Positions 24,905-39,070 are shown, counted from the stretch's first letter. The stretch is DNA of 64,000 nucleotides from Octopus bimaculoides (GCF_001194135.2 NC_068992.1:50464452-50528451), one strand, 5' to 3'. Translations and numbers: made by a program. The notes: generated by a model from the sequence alone, not told the origin.

Positions 24905-25850
24905 TTATGTAACGCAGTGAATGCCTGAATGTCTGAATGCCACTGAAACGACAATTATTTGTAATAAAGAAACTCGTCATAAAGTATATGACATGATGCA
25001 AAATTAAAAATATGTTAGAAATACAATGACGCCTCAGCGCTACGTAAAAAAAGAAAAAAAAAGAAGGTTAGTAGCCGCTGAATGAAACATAGACGACCAG
25101 AAAGATAACACCCACGTGTTGTATTCATTTGCTGTTTATAGTAAATCACTTTCCTCTTTCTTATGAGAAAACCAAAGAATATATTCATTAATAAAAAGAT
25201 ATTTACTATATCTGAGAAAAACAAAGTGGTCACGTGGTCGTTACGGATGTAATGTCTGATGTCTTGCAGGTAAATAACAAGACATTGAGTTGACTAAATT
25301 TATTTTACAATTTGTATGCATATATGGTAGGCAATCTCACTTCGTGACAGTAAAGCTTACAAGNNNNNNNNNNNNNNNNNNNNNNNNNNNNNNNNNNNNN
25401 NNNNNNNNNNNNNNNNNNNNNNNNNNNNNNNNNNNNNNNNNNNNNNNNNNNNNNNNNNNNNNNNNNNNNNNNNNNNNNNNNNNNNNNNNNNNNNNNNNNN
25501 NNNNNNNNNNNNNNNNNNNNNNNNNNNNNNNNNNNNNNNNNNNNNNNNNNNNNNNNNNNNNNNNNNNNNNNNNNNNNNNNNNNNNNNNNNNNNNNNNNNN
25601 NNNNNNNNNNNNNNNNNNNNNNNNNNNNNNNNNNNNNNNNNNNNNNNNNNNNNNNNNNNNNNNNNNNNNNNNNNNNNNNNNNNNNNNNNNNNNNNNNNNN
25701 NNNNNNNNNNNNNNNNNNNNNNNNNNNNNNNNNNNNNNNNNNNNNNNNNNNNNNNNNNNNNNNNNNNNNNNNNNNNNNNNNNNNNNNNNNNNNNNNNNNN
25801 NNNNNNNNNNNNNNNNNNNNNNNNNNNNNNNNNNNNNNNNNNNNNNNNNN

Positions 25851-25900
<50 letters not shown>

Positions 25901-26405
25901 GCAGGTGCGCAATATGATTCATAAACTCTCAAGTCACGTTTACCTTTATATTTTTGGGTTTGAGTCCTCATGTCATCGCATAAAATTTTCCGAAGGAGAT
26001 AAAATATATTCTGGTGGAAGCGAAATACAAGACAGTATGAACAAACGTGTATAAAATGACAAGCGGGAAATAATAAGACGGACCGAAAAAACAAACGCTA
26101 TTATGTAGTAGTGAACTAACACGAGAGACATGCAACTTGACGAGTTAATTGTGAAAGATGGGAAACACAAACGGCATTTTGAATGTTAAAGAAAAAGAAA
26201 ACAGTGTAGTTTAAAGGGATGAGACGAAAATAACGGTCTGAAGTGCACAACATAATAAGTATATATAAGAGATGAGAAGAAAAACGGCGTTAGATTTTTT
26301 AGTAAAACTTTTGAAATTGTTGTGGAGATATAATTTCTCTTACTTTTTCTGCCCTGAATCCTGACATACATACACACACACGCACAAGTATATTTATATG
26401 CGTAC

Positions 26406-27620
26406 ACATACACACACAAACATATAGACATACACACACAAACATATAGACATACACACACAAACATATAGACATACACACACAAACATATAGACATACA
26501 CACACAAACATATAGACATACACACACAAACATATAGACATACACACACAAANNNNNNNNNNNNNNNNNNNNNNNNNNNNNNNNNNNNNNNNNNNNNNNN
26601 NNNNNNNNNNNNNNNNNNNNNNNNNNNNNNNNNNNNNNNNNNNNNNNNNNNNNNNNNNNNNNNNNNNNNNNNNNNNNNNNNNNNNNNNNNNNNNNNNNNN
26701 NNNNNNNNNNNNNNNNNNNNNNNNNNNNNNNNNNNNNNNNNNNNNNNNNNNNNNNNNNNNNNNNNNNNNNNNNNNNNNNNNNNNNNNNNNNNNNNNNNNN
26801 NNNNNNNNNNNNNNNNNNNNNNNNNNNNNNNNNNNNNNNNNNNNNNNNNNNNNNNNNNNNNNNNNNNNNNNNNNNNNNNNNNNNNNNNNNNNNNNNNNNN
26901 NNNNNNNNNNNNNNNNNNNNNNNNNNNNNNNNNNNNNNNNNNNNNNNNNNNNNNNNNNNNNNNNNNNNNNNNNNNNNNNNNNNNNNNNNNNNNNNNNNNN
27001 NNNNNNNNNNNNNNNNNNNNNNNNNNNNNNNNNNNNNNNNNNNNNNNNNNNNNNNNNNNNNNNNNNNNNNNNNNNNNNNNNNNNNNNNNNNNNNNNNNNN
27101 NNNNNNNNNNNNNNNNNNNNNNNNNNNNNNNNNNNNNNNNNNNNNNNNNNNNNNNNNNNNNNNNNNNNNNNNNNNNNNNNNNNNNNNNNNNNNNNNNNNN
27201 NNNNNNNNNNNNNNNNNNNNNNNNNNNNNNNNNNNNNNNNNNNNNNNNNNNNNNNNNNNNNNNNNNNNNNNNNNNNNNNNNNNNNNNNNNNNNNNNNNNN
27301 NNNNNNNNNNNNNNNNNNNNNNNNNNNNNNNNNNNNNNNNNNNNNNNNNNNNNNNNNNNNNNNNNNNNNNNNNNNNNNNNNNNNNNNACATACACACACA
27401 AACATATAGACATACACACACAAACATATAGACATACACACTCAAACATATAGACATACACACACAAACATATAGACATACACACACAAACATATAGACA
27501 TACACACACAAACATATAGACATACACACAAAAACATATAGACATACACACACAGACATATAGACATACACACACAAACATATAGACATACACACACAAA
27601 CATATAGACATACACACACA
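26406..27620. repeat. 22-bp minisatellite (catacacacacaaacatataga)n spanning a gap
   Basis: The unit is visible on both sides of the N run, and the 22-aa periodicity in the ORF track equals 3 units. Confidence 0.95.
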
Positions 27621-28402
27621 TAGATATATATCAATTTAAGTATGTGTATTTTGTTTAACTTATTAATAGTAAGTCTTCATTTCCCTACACAAAATTTCTA
27701 CATACAGACCCTCCCACAACCACAAAACAATGCTAACAAACCAACAGGAATACATTCAGTGTGTGTGTGTATTCGTGAACATATTTATTCACTCACTTAC
27801 ATACACGCATGCACGTATGCACTAGTTTACATATGAAAGCGTATTAATGTGTTTAAAACATTTAAACTTGCTGTAGTTACAAAAATATGTTTATATTCTA
27901 ACAAGTTACACAAGTTGCCGTCAATCATATAATCCTCTGTATTTTTTCCCCATTTTTAATCTTCCTGGTTTTCAACATCAAAGAACATCAAATACAAGCC
28001 AACACGTTTTTTTTTATAAGAACATAAATATGCTACAAGTACAAAAGACGACTAGAAATCTGGGAGGCTACAACACTATAACATTGATAGTGTACAGTGT
28101 GTGCATAAAAAAGTAAAGCAAAACGACGCACAAACGCATTTATATGAAGCACAGATATCAGATTTGGTCAAAATTGAGAATCAACAACAAAAGCATATAC
28201 ATTCTACGTGATTTGTGATTTATGTAGTCGGTCGACTACATATGATAAACAATGATACACAGACATACTGACGCCTCATTTCGTATTCTGTTACACTACT
28301 ACAGCTGCTACACCTTGGAGACGACTGTCTTTTTCTTTCATGTCACACTAATACAAGAACCTCTCAACTTATTCGTATCTCCCCCCCCCACCTCCCGTCA
28401 TA

Positions 28403-28859
28403 TACAGGGTACGGTACGAAGAAAACTTCTTAGATTTACCATGTTCTATTAATGTCTCAACAGTTTGCACCGGTCCAAACCAAGATGGTAGTAGGAGGTG
28501 GTGTCAAAACGTTTAGGATTGCCTGCACGGGCCCTTACTACAGACCAACAACATCAGCAATGTCGCTGAATATTCTCCGACGAACCTCATGTACAAGCTG
28601 ATGAGTCTTCTCCACATTTACGAGGGTATGCTCGTGGCAGGTCTTCCAGATCGCTCATAATCTTCCAGGGTCGTTATTCCGTTTTTAAAACACCAATGCC
28701 ACTTGAAACCTTGCGTACGACCCATTGCGGACGCAGCAGTTCTCTGTAGCTTTCATTACATATTTTCATTTGGTACTTATATAACTTACGACAACGTCTC
28801 ATGGAAATGATATTAGTAATTAAGATGGCGGAGAAGTAGACTACTTTCCACAATACTTT
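28403..28859 (-). mobile_element. Mariner transposase relic (N-terminal HTH, internally deleted)
   Basis: Minus strand reads AMGRTQGFKWHWCFKNGITTLEDYERSGRPATS, then after a frameshift NVEKTHQLVHEVRRRIFSDIADVVGL. These are typical mariner HTH blocks. Confidence 0.85.
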
Positions 28860-30365
28860 NNNNNNNNNNTCTTGTTTATGATCTCAATTCAAATTCCACT
28901 TGAATTACTCTTTAACCCTCGATGTCTTTATTCTCTGTTCCGTTTTTTTTTTTTTGGGCGTTTGTCTGAGGAAAATACGATTTTATTTTTAACTACTTTA
29001 TTTTAACGCTGAATCCATATCATATTGCTATTCATTCATCTTTGAAATATGAGTTTTAAATAAAACAATCTGTGTTATATCCGTTGCAGAGACACAGCAC
29101 ATTGAACTTTTCTTTGTAAGGTCAGTAGGTCTAAATGTAAAGCACACAGCATCTATCGTATCTTGTCTCTCCCGGGGACAATATAACACTGGAACAATAC
29201 GATTGATTATATCCATTTCCGTTTAATACATCTTCTTAAAATAGAATATTCAACGGTGATCAATATGCAAATGTAAATATATAATTCACGACAAAGAAAA
29301 TACCAAGTGTTCTTTGCTGGCTGTTCACAATTTATGGGTTAGAAGTTGATAAATGAAAACTGCGACGGGCAGTACTTATTTATAGAGTTCCTTAATATAC
29401 TACAATGCAGTATCCACATAATACATGAAAATATTAAACAAATGATGATGGTTACGTGTATCTCACACGTGCACACATATACAATTCACATTTTGCTATT
29501 TTAAATTCTATTTAATTTTTCCTTGCAGTAAAAGCGAACATTTTTAGCTGAACTTTCACAATCCTTTAGTGAAAAGTGAACAAGAAATATTGGTAGTATA
29601 AGTTGCATATATTTAAGAGGCCCCTTATATCCTCGCTACCATCCATCCTGCATCCGCTTTCTCCACAATTTCATTGCCTAAATTATAGTTCTATATTCTA
29701 ACGAATTATTTGCCTTCTAACTTCCTCTCAATATCTCATTATACTCATTAACTTCTAGATATTACACGATTACGTCACGTACTTGGAACCTGGTTACAGA
29801 GATGCTATAGGTGAAGAGCATCTATTATCTTATTCCCTTCTCGTTTATTCAATTGTTGCTACATAGTTGTATCACAGCCACATAGATGTACGACGAGCCG
29901 TTGACATCAAGAAATGAAGGGTGAAGCAGAAACGCAATGACGGAATTTCGTGCCGAGGCTAATTTCTTTAAGCAGAATGCACATAGTTGTAGCAGAAATA
30001 CCAAAAAATAAAAAAAATAAAAATAGAAAATCTACCCTGGTGATTAGAACTCATACCTGTATGTTACACAGTACTTCACGCTTTTAAACACTCTATCACT
30101 GCTGTAGATGCTGACATAGGTGTCTAATATGGTACTGTTTTGAGACGCCAGTCAATGGGAGACATTTCTCAGAATTATATCTTAGGATTCGAACCTATTA
30201 CTGTTATACTAGTATATCGAAAAGGAAGCTGAGTGGCAGAAACGGAAGGGTAACACGATAAATAAACAGACGTATTTAGTTTTGTTTCTTCATGTTTCTT
30301 ATATATAGAATTCCAGTTGAAGTCTAATTACTCCCTTTGTCTACTTTATAGCTATCCATCGTATG

Positions 30366-30511
30366 GCTGGTGCGGAAGTGTCTTCTGCTTCCCGCCAGAT
30401 TATCCTATTAGGGCCGTTAAAATAAATACCAGTGGAGTACTGGAGTCGATGTAATTAACTTATCCCCACACACGAAATTGCTGGCCTTGTGCCAAAAATT
30501 GAAACCAATAT
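30366..30511 (+). mobile_element. SINE family B, 3' part
   Basis: aaataaataccagtggagtactggagtcgatgtaattaacttatcccc...aaattgctggccttgtgccaaaaattgaaaccaatatt. Confidence 0.8.
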
Positions 30512-31004
30512 TAAAGGGATATCTTATCGCAAATTTAAATGCTCGAATCATGTGTCTATCATCCCTCCAGACAACATGTCTAATTCAAAAGCATGATTAG
30601 TATATTTATCTTAGGTCAGACACAATATTCTTGCAGTAAAGGAAATGTGGTTGTTAAATGTCCAAGTTAAAGAGAAAAAGCACTTAATCGGCTACTTTTC
30701 CCATTATTGCTATTTTGATTTTAGCAAGAATTTCATCTGTTTTGGTATCGCTACTGCGCAGTGGATTGTTGTCTAAATTACAGACATTAATGCTGATGAT
30801 GAAAGAGTAAAAATCTCATACATCTTATAGATCGCAATACACTATCATTTTCATCTTTAAAATATATTTATAAAAACTTTTGTTGCTACTACTAAATATA
30901 TGTGCTTATATGTAGTAGTAGATATAGATTATACATGCAGTGTAGTGTTTTTATCAAGATGGTTGTGGTTAGAAATTCATTAAAACAATAAAGCTAGCTT
31001 TATT

Positions 31005-31047
<43 letters not shown>

Positions 31048-31138
31048 GATACACACAGAGACACACACAGACACACGCACACTCACACACACAAATATAT
31101 ATGTAAGCATATTTATGCAGACATATATGCGCATACAT

Positions 31139-31182
<44 letters not shown>

Positions 31183-34103
31183 CTGTATATATATGTGTGT
31201 GTGTATTTGTGTGTATGCATATATGTTGAAACATGGGCACACAGTCACACATGCATATATAGCGTGTCTAGCATGTTAAGACTATTAAAAACGCAGATTT
31301 ACCACTCTCCACTATTTTGTATCTGTGTAGGTGACCGCATGTGGGAGAATTCGTGCGTGTGTATGTAGGGTCCATTAGAGGAACAACCGAAAATACAGGA
31401 CTAAACACGTTCACACATGTGATTGAATTGTAAGTATTAAATAAGTAGTTATCTTAGCTCCTCAATAGGTGTATTTTCGTTTCCGTAAATACGGACCGAC
31501 AACCGCATATATACTAGAGGGAATTAGGAAATCTATCTCTATCAAGGAACAGATATATCAAACTTTTCATTTGTCTGTGAATCAAATACTTTTGTTAAAC
31601 TATATATATATATATATNNNNNNNNNNNNNNNNNNNNNNNNNNNNNNNNNNNNNNNNNNNNNNNNNNNNNNNNNNNNNNNNNNNNNNNNNNNNNNNNNNN
31701 NNNNNNNNNNNNNNNNNNNNNNNNNNNNNNNNNNNNNNNNNNNNNNNNNNNNNNNNNNNNNNNNNNNNNNNNNNNNNNNNNNNNNNNNNNNNNNNNNNNN
31801 NNNNNNNNNNNNNNNNNNNNNNNNNNNNNNNNNNNNNNNNNNNNNNNNNNNNNNNNNNNNNNNNNNNNNNNNNNNNNNNNNNNNNNNNNNNNNNNNNNNN
31901 NNNNNNNNNNNNNNNNNNNNNNNNNNNNNNNNNNNNNNNNNNNNNNNNNNNNNNNNNNNNNNNNNNNNNNNNNNNNNNNNNNNNNNNNNNNNNNNNNNNN
32001 NNNNNNNNNNNNNNNNNNNNNNNNNNNNNNNNNNNNNNNNNNNNNNNNNNNNNNNNNNNNNNNNNNNNNNNNNNNNNNNNNNNNNNNNNNNNNNNNNNNN
32101 NNNNNNNNNNNNNNNNNNNNNNNNNNNNNNNNNNNNNNNNNNNNNNNNNNNNNNNNNNNNNNNNNNNNNNNNNNNNNNNNNNNNNNNNNNNNNNNNNNNN
32201 NNNNNNNNNNNNNNNNNNNNNNNNNNNNNNNNNNNNNNNNNNNNNNNNNNNNATATATATATATATATATAAGTATATATATCATGATGCACTACTTCAT
32301 ATTGTTAAGCGAAAGTGCCTGGCACATATTTTTTATTAATCTATAACGGACAAAATTCTAGGGTTACTCCCTGTTGGTTTTTTAATTAGAGTCACAAGAA
32401 CTGTAAGGAAAGATCCCGTTGTATTTTGTTTTTCTGTTGCCCCAATTTTTAGCATTGTAATGGGTTTGTTTTAAGATGTGAACCATGCGCTGTAAAGTAA
32501 TATTATGGAAAATCATACTGTTTAGTTTCATCAGTAGTGCATTAGCGCTGAGTAATGGATACAGTACAAATCTATGCGCATTTTTATTAGATGAACTAAT
32601 ATTCTACGGAGAGTATTGCAATTAAAAGAATGTAAAACTAAAGAAAACAAAAATAAAGTGAACAAAATGTGGAAAATTTATTGGCAACGCAAATGAAGGA
32701 TTTAATTAAAAATAGTGAAGTGAAAAAGCAAACCAGAAATCATAAATATTTTAACAAGATATGACAGAGGTGCAACTTGCTGAAAAAATTGTGTGAATTT
32801 ATTCAGAAACTACTAAATGAGAGTTAAAACAGGCAGAAACAAGTTTCATTAAAGTAACAAAGTGTAGAAATGGTAAGATGAAAGCTGGAGGAATTATTGT
32901 TTAATTTCAGGAATTAACTTTTGAATCAAGTTTTTTACGTTTATTCACCTTATTCTTTGTAAAGACATGCTATGAATTTTAACAAGTCTATTTTTATTGA
33001 TTCTATTTATTATGTTTTTTTTTGTTAATTTAAAACGAAATGCTTTCCCTTTCTTTTATTCAAAAGATTGATTATAAAACATCACATGTTTATATTCCAG
33101 TTTTAAAATTAAAATAGAGTTAAAACAAGGCAAAAGACAAAATATTTCTCTGAAATAAAATAAATTATAAATAAACAATCACCTCCTTTAATTTTTCAGA
33201 AGCATGTTAAAAAATTTTTTTCCGCAATTTAAATGAAGAATATAAAAATATTTGCGAAACAATGAGCAAAAATTATAATTAAATGCATTTAAACAAATTT
33301 CAAAAAATTAAACTAAAATAAAAGATCTTATCAGGAAAACTATAATTTCCCTCGAGTTTTTTTTTTTAACTGAGTTAGTTTATTAGTTGCTAAACGACAA
33401 CCAGTCCATGTGACATAGTCTTTAGCAGGAATAGTCTTACTAATATGTTTTCAGATAATGTAATTCAGTTTTGTTCTCCATATTTCTTTCATAGAATACA
33501 GATGATATATGGTAATTTTATTGCAATAAGCGACAAATTTGCCAAAAGTATTGATTCTGTGTGCTAATTCCTATGGTTTTAGTTAGAGACATAGAACAAC
33601 CAAGACGAAATAACCATAGAAAACAATATATTTTCTAACACGATCAACATTAAATAGATACCCGCGTTTTCCTATAGGTCTTATTGTACACAACCACAGC
33701 TATCCTGTAACTATGAAGTTATTTTTATTCTTTTCCCAATTAAAAATTGTTAGCATTATACATTAAGATTATCTTATAATGGAGCTCCATCTGCTGAGAG
33801 GTACATAGGGAGAAATGTTAGATTGTTGGACTAAATATTCCACTTAATACTTCCGGCTTTTTACATCTGATTCCAATTCCGGCAGACATAATCCCTTCCT
33901 TCTATAGACTAAGCCCCTCATCTCACATTTGCCGGATTCATCCCTAAATTCGAAGCAGCTATTTCTCTGACTGCGGAGTGATAGTTTGACAGAAGCGTTA
34001 AGCGTCGGAAAATGCTTCTCTTCTGACTTTTTACTACCGTGTTCAAATGCCGCGAAAAGAAACGATGAAATGCTTTTAACCTTTTTAACCAACAGACACA
34101 TTC

Positions 34104-34140
34104 ACCTGATCAGTTTCGAATTTCTTTACAGCATCATCAG
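34104..34140 (-). ncRNA. Degenerate hammerhead-like motif
   Basis: Minus strand reads CTGATGA-tgctgtaaagaaattc-GAAA-CTGATCAG (palindromic helix III). Stem II does not pair and the cleavage triplet is altered. Confidence 0.3.
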
Positions 34141-34784
34141 TTATTGATTACTTATCCTAATCAAAGGGACAACAGTAACTAATAATTATTTCTAATTCAC
34201 TTACACTTCTCCTGTTTCAGATTAAGTTAAAGTGTTTGTTGTTTGTTTAAAATGTACATTTTGAGTATATTTTCTTGTCAATTTATCATGATGATATTGT
34301 GATTTTATTAATTAATTAATTAATTAATTAATGCACGAGGCTGACGCCATTTATTGCATGTCGAATAAACATGTCAACGCACTCTCTGTATCACAACGAA
34401 GTGTATACGTATGTTGATGACTCAATATTAATGTTATGACTAAGGTCATCACATACAAATTGGTTCCCGGCAGCGAGTTTCAACAGCGGCCTTCGCTATT
34501 TTCAAATGTAGGCAAATGAGCTGATGGAAAGGCATTGGAGCTAATGTAATTCAAGGCAATGTTATAATCAAATTAATGATGAAACCTATCAAACACTGAA
34601 CTGAAATTTGGGAATTGCCAGCTCGCTATTAAATAAATCATAATTCTATGACTGAATAAGATTTGAAGACTATACATACATACATACATACATACATACA
34701 CGCACACATACATGCATACACATACACCCATACACACACATACACACACACATATATAAGTATTTATATATATATATGTATAAG

Positions 34785-34856
<72 letters not shown>

Positions 34857-35168
34857 NNNNNNNNNNNNNNNNNNNNNNNNNNNNNNNNNNNNNNNNNNNN
34901 NNNNNNNNNNNNNNNNNNNNNNNNNNNNNNNNNNNNNNNNNNNNNNNNNNNNNNNNNNNNNNNNNNNNNNNNNNNNNNNNNNNNNNNNNNNNNNNNNNNN
35001 NNNNNNNNNNNNNNNNNNNNNNNNNNNNNNNNNNNNNNNNNNNNNNNNNNNNNNNNNNNNNNNNNNNNNNNNNNNNNNNNNNNNNNNNNNNNNNNNNNNN
35101 NNNNNNNNNNNNNTATATATATATGCATATATATGTGTGTGTGAGTGCGTGCGCGTGTGTATCTATCC

Positions 35169-35234
<66 letters not shown>

Positions 35235-35584
35235 GTTAACACACACAAACATACATACACACATATCTACATCTGTAACGTAGCTGTTCTTACATTAATG
35301 TCAATATGTAATGCTGAAAAGGGAGTGGTCACGTGGGAAGATGTAATGTTTAGAAAATACCTGATCCTAATGGTTAGCCTAAAACCCTTTTATTCGCACA
35401 GGGATAATGTCAAACGATTCTACATCAGTATTGACACATTCATGCAGGTTACACTGAGTTGTCTCAATCATTTATACGAAACATATTTTCATAAATGCAT
35501 TCACACAACAAAGAAGATAAAATTGTGTGTGATGATAACATCCAAACGTTTTAATGGTTGCAAATTACCAAAAGGCAACGAATT

Positions 35585-35720
35585 GGTTGAAGTGTTCACT
35601 CGTCAAGCAGAATGTTTCACAGTTTGATCTCCGAATTCCAGCTGCGTTCAAATTCCGCTGAGTTTAATTTTGTTGTTTATCATCTCGGTGCCGGTAAATT
35701 TGTCTACCTAAACAGTGGAT
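35585..35720 (+). mobile_element. SINE family B head, highly diverged
   Basis: gcgttcaaattccgctgag B-box-like block and overall order match family B. Confidence 0.45.
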
Positions 35721-36029
35721 TGTTGAAAATATAAGAACATCGGAATGGATATCTAGCGTTGAAAGTTTTGGATCTTTACAAAGTGACTTCAGAGTTTCCC
35801 ATAGCCTACAGAAGTGATAGATTTAAAGCGCCGATCGTTCGAGTAAGTTCGTCTGGCAGTGTGATATTCTTTAGTTAAGTCCATTCCCTTGCAGGCACCC
35901 GAATTGTTTTTTTTAGGTTTGAGGGTAACGTACTTCTACTCTTCTCCGAGGGTTTGTAACTAGTCATAAGTAATGTCTTCCCGCCTGACTAAAGGGTACA
36001 TAGAAACTAACATGCATAAAATGTCGGTG

Positions 36030-36210
36030 ATGTATTCGAGGTAAGTCGATTGCGTCGATCCCAATGCTCAACTGGTGCTTAATTTATCGACCCCAAAAGA
36101 ATGAAAACCAACGTCAACCTGAGTGGAATTTGAATTCAGATGGTAAAGACAGACGAAATGTCCCTAAGCATTCTGCGCGGCACACTAACGATCCTGCCAG
36201 CCAGCCGCCT
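36030..36210 (-). mobile_element. SINE family B
   Basis: aatttatcgaccccaaaagaatgaaaaccaacgtcaacc...ggaatttgaattcag...gacagacgaaatg...ctgccagccagccgcctt. Confidence 0.85.
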
Positions 36211-36539
36211 TTATATCATTGATATATAAAAAAAAAAACTGTGTATTAAACAGACCCATATAATCAATTTCCATTATTTTGAGGCGAAAGAACTGATGTT
36301 GTTGATGGAGAAATATCTGAGATGCGTATACTCGTTTATCAGACTGTCATTCTACAGTTTTAGGCATTATCCTATTTATCATAATTTAACTCTTCAAATG
36401 ATATCTTCAGCCAAGTGAACTTAATGAAATGAAATCTCTTCATATTATTGCGGTTAATGAAGGTGATAATTTTAATCACCAAAGCAGACAGCTGCGAATT
36501 TAACAAAGCAACTGAGCGACATGGTAAGAAAAATTCAGA

Positions 36540-36626
36540 GACGTCATGCCTGATGAGATTCGACTGGTTTTAATTTTGTTAATTAATTTCTAAAGGTCTG
36601 GAATCGAAACAGCTGTCAGAGATGTT
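36540..36626 (+). ncRNA. Minimal type I hammerhead ribozyme with intact catalytic core
   Basis: CTGATGA (36550-56); stem II GATTC/GAATC (36557-61/36601-05); GAAA (36606-09); palindromic helix III CAGCTG; GUC triplet ending at 36617. Distal helix I is GACGTC/GATGTT, but the proximal helix I is mismatched. Confidence 0.7.
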
Positions 36627-36898
36627 GTTAAATTTTTTGATTAATAAATAATTATTCATTGATTATCACTCTATTTTCTTATCTTCTGTAAATATATATA
36701 AACCACGATTTATCTAGTTACTTTGCCATTGAATATTAATTGTAATGTTCAACACTTTTTGAATAGATAACTAACCAGTATCTTCATTGGATTTTATTAA
36801 CCCTTAATGAGGTTTGTAATCTTTCTTTGAACCTATATATTAAATATATATAAGAATACACATCCACAGACACACACGCACACACATACACACACACA

Positions 36899-37215
36899 CA
36901 TTGGGTCATCCCATAAATAATGCGGTTTTTTCAATTGCATGAACTAAATGTCGAAGTGGGGTGGGATAAACTACTCGCATCAACTTGCCATAGAAGCAGG
37001 TAGTAATTTTACTTTGGGATTATTCTCAGTGCAAGTTTTGAAGAGTGCAGTTCGATTTTAACATTTCTTTTTTTTACAAAGCTATACTTATGTATAACAA
37101 AAATAAGAAAAAGAAATTCGTATCGGGGTACTGAAATCGGAAATATGATTTTTTTTTAATATGCATGGCATGCTTTCTAGACCTTACATCGAATAGCTTA
37201 TTACAACTCTAGGTA
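36899..37215 (+). mobile_element. Mariner-type element, left end (single TIR, non-coding)
   Basis: ttgggtcatcccataaataatgcggttttttc resembles mariner TIRs of the TAGGTTGGTGCAAAAGTAATTGCGGTTTT type. No matching right TIR was found. Confidence 0.5.
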
Positions 37216-37336
37216 ATGTGAAATTTAGCTTAATACAACTTAGTCTGTCGAGCACACTGAGGAGGTTGACGCAAAAGTACATTCTCGTTATTTATACGAA
37301 ATTCTATATATATATATATGTGTGTGTGATTGTGCC

Positions 37337-37397
<61 letters not shown>

Positions 37398-38744
37398 CAA
37401 ATACAGACACACACACACGCACACACACACATACATATATGTATGTATATATATATAATTCGCCTATGTATATCCGTGTGCATACCATTGTTTTTTTCCA
37501 CATCTGTCCTGTAGCTAAAGCCAACTAAATCCTACTTTGATTCTAATGGCACACCAAAAGATTAATTTCTTGATCAGCCAAGGTTTCGTGGCAGCAATGC
37601 TGTCCGAAGAAACAGCTTTGGTATTCATTTTCTTCTCCAGATTCTCCTTCCCTCTTCTCCCACTCCCCCTCTTCGATCTTGTCTATGTTATTGTTGTTGT
37701 TCGTCCTCTTCTTAGCCCCTACATCCTAAGTGTATTTTCGTAACTTTAATGGAAGCAAATATACCTACATACATACATACACACACATACACATACAACT
37801 TTTGATAAATTTTGTGATTAATTATCAAAAGTCTGGACATTTTCGAAGATCTAGGAAAGTAATTTTAAGATAAAAGTTAAATACGCTCACTGACGGAGAA
37901 CTCAAGTTATTTTGCTTCCAAAAGTAATTTCAGAATAGGTTCCCAAAGGAACATGTTCGGAAGAAATCCTTTACAATAATTTCAACGTTAAAAGAATTTT
38001 AATGTAAACAGGGATTTTCGTTTCATGTAGATTTATAGACAAACAAAGATAGAGCGAAACAAATTATTGGTAAACATAATAATTGCATTCAAAAGTTGAT
38101 TAGTTTATCTTGTAGCCCATTGTTTTCCTTTTTAATTTCTCTCCGTACGTCAGTGTAGTCTATCTATCTATCTATCTATCTANNNNNNNNNNNNNNNNNN
38201 NNNNNNNNNNNNNNNNNNNNNNNNNNNNNNNNNNNNNNNNNNNNNNNNNNNNNNNNNNNNNNNNNNNNNNNNNNNNNNNNNNNNNNNNNNNNNNNNNNNN
38301 NNNNNNNNNNNNNNNNNNNNNNNNNNNNNNNNNNNNNNNNNNNNNNNNNNNNNNNNNNNNNNNNNNNNNNNNNNNNNNNNNNNNNNNNNNNNNNNNNNNN
38401 NNNNNNNNNNNNNNNNNNNNNNNNNNNNNNNNNNNNNNNNNNNNNNNNNNNNNNNNNNNNNNNNNNNNNNNNNNNNNNNNNNNNNNNNNNNNNNNNNNNN
38501 NNNNNNNNNNNNNNNGTATTTATGTATATACACACATACACACACATACAGATATATATGTAGATACATGTAGATATACATTCATATATAAGTGCTTGAA
38601 CGTAAATATATGTATATAAATACGTATCTATGTGTGTATACATAGTCGCAAGTACATGCTCGCGCGCGAACACACACACACAAATGCATAACAATACTAT
38701 CATACGCTCATAAACACATACACATGCACACATATACATATCAC

Positions 38745-39070
38745 TCTATGTAGCCCCTCCCCTCCAGGTTCCTGTAAATCACGCATTTCCCATTCTCTTT
38801 TATTCTCATTATGTCACTAAATTATCTTTCACTTGGTCAACAAAACTCTCACTTAAATTCCTGCAACCGCTTCCCTCTCCTCTTTTTCCTCCTCCTTCTC
38901 GTCCTTTTCTTCCCCCCATCTTCTTCTTTTCCTCATACTCCTCTGCTCCCTCTCTCCTCCTCCTCATCTTCCGTTCCCCTCCTCCTCCTTCTTCTCCTCT
39001 CCAACCCTTCTTTCTTTGACTGCCCTTTACCCATATTTTCTGCTTTAATTTCTCATTTATTGCAATGACA
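38745..39070. repeat. Polypyrimidine (CT-rich) low-complexity tract
   Basis: Directly visible degenerate (CCT/CTT)n. Confidence 0.85.

Noticed and set aside
25100-25240. CACGTG E-box pair as a promoter
   Set aside because: Short motifs are expected by chance, and no associated gene start was identified.
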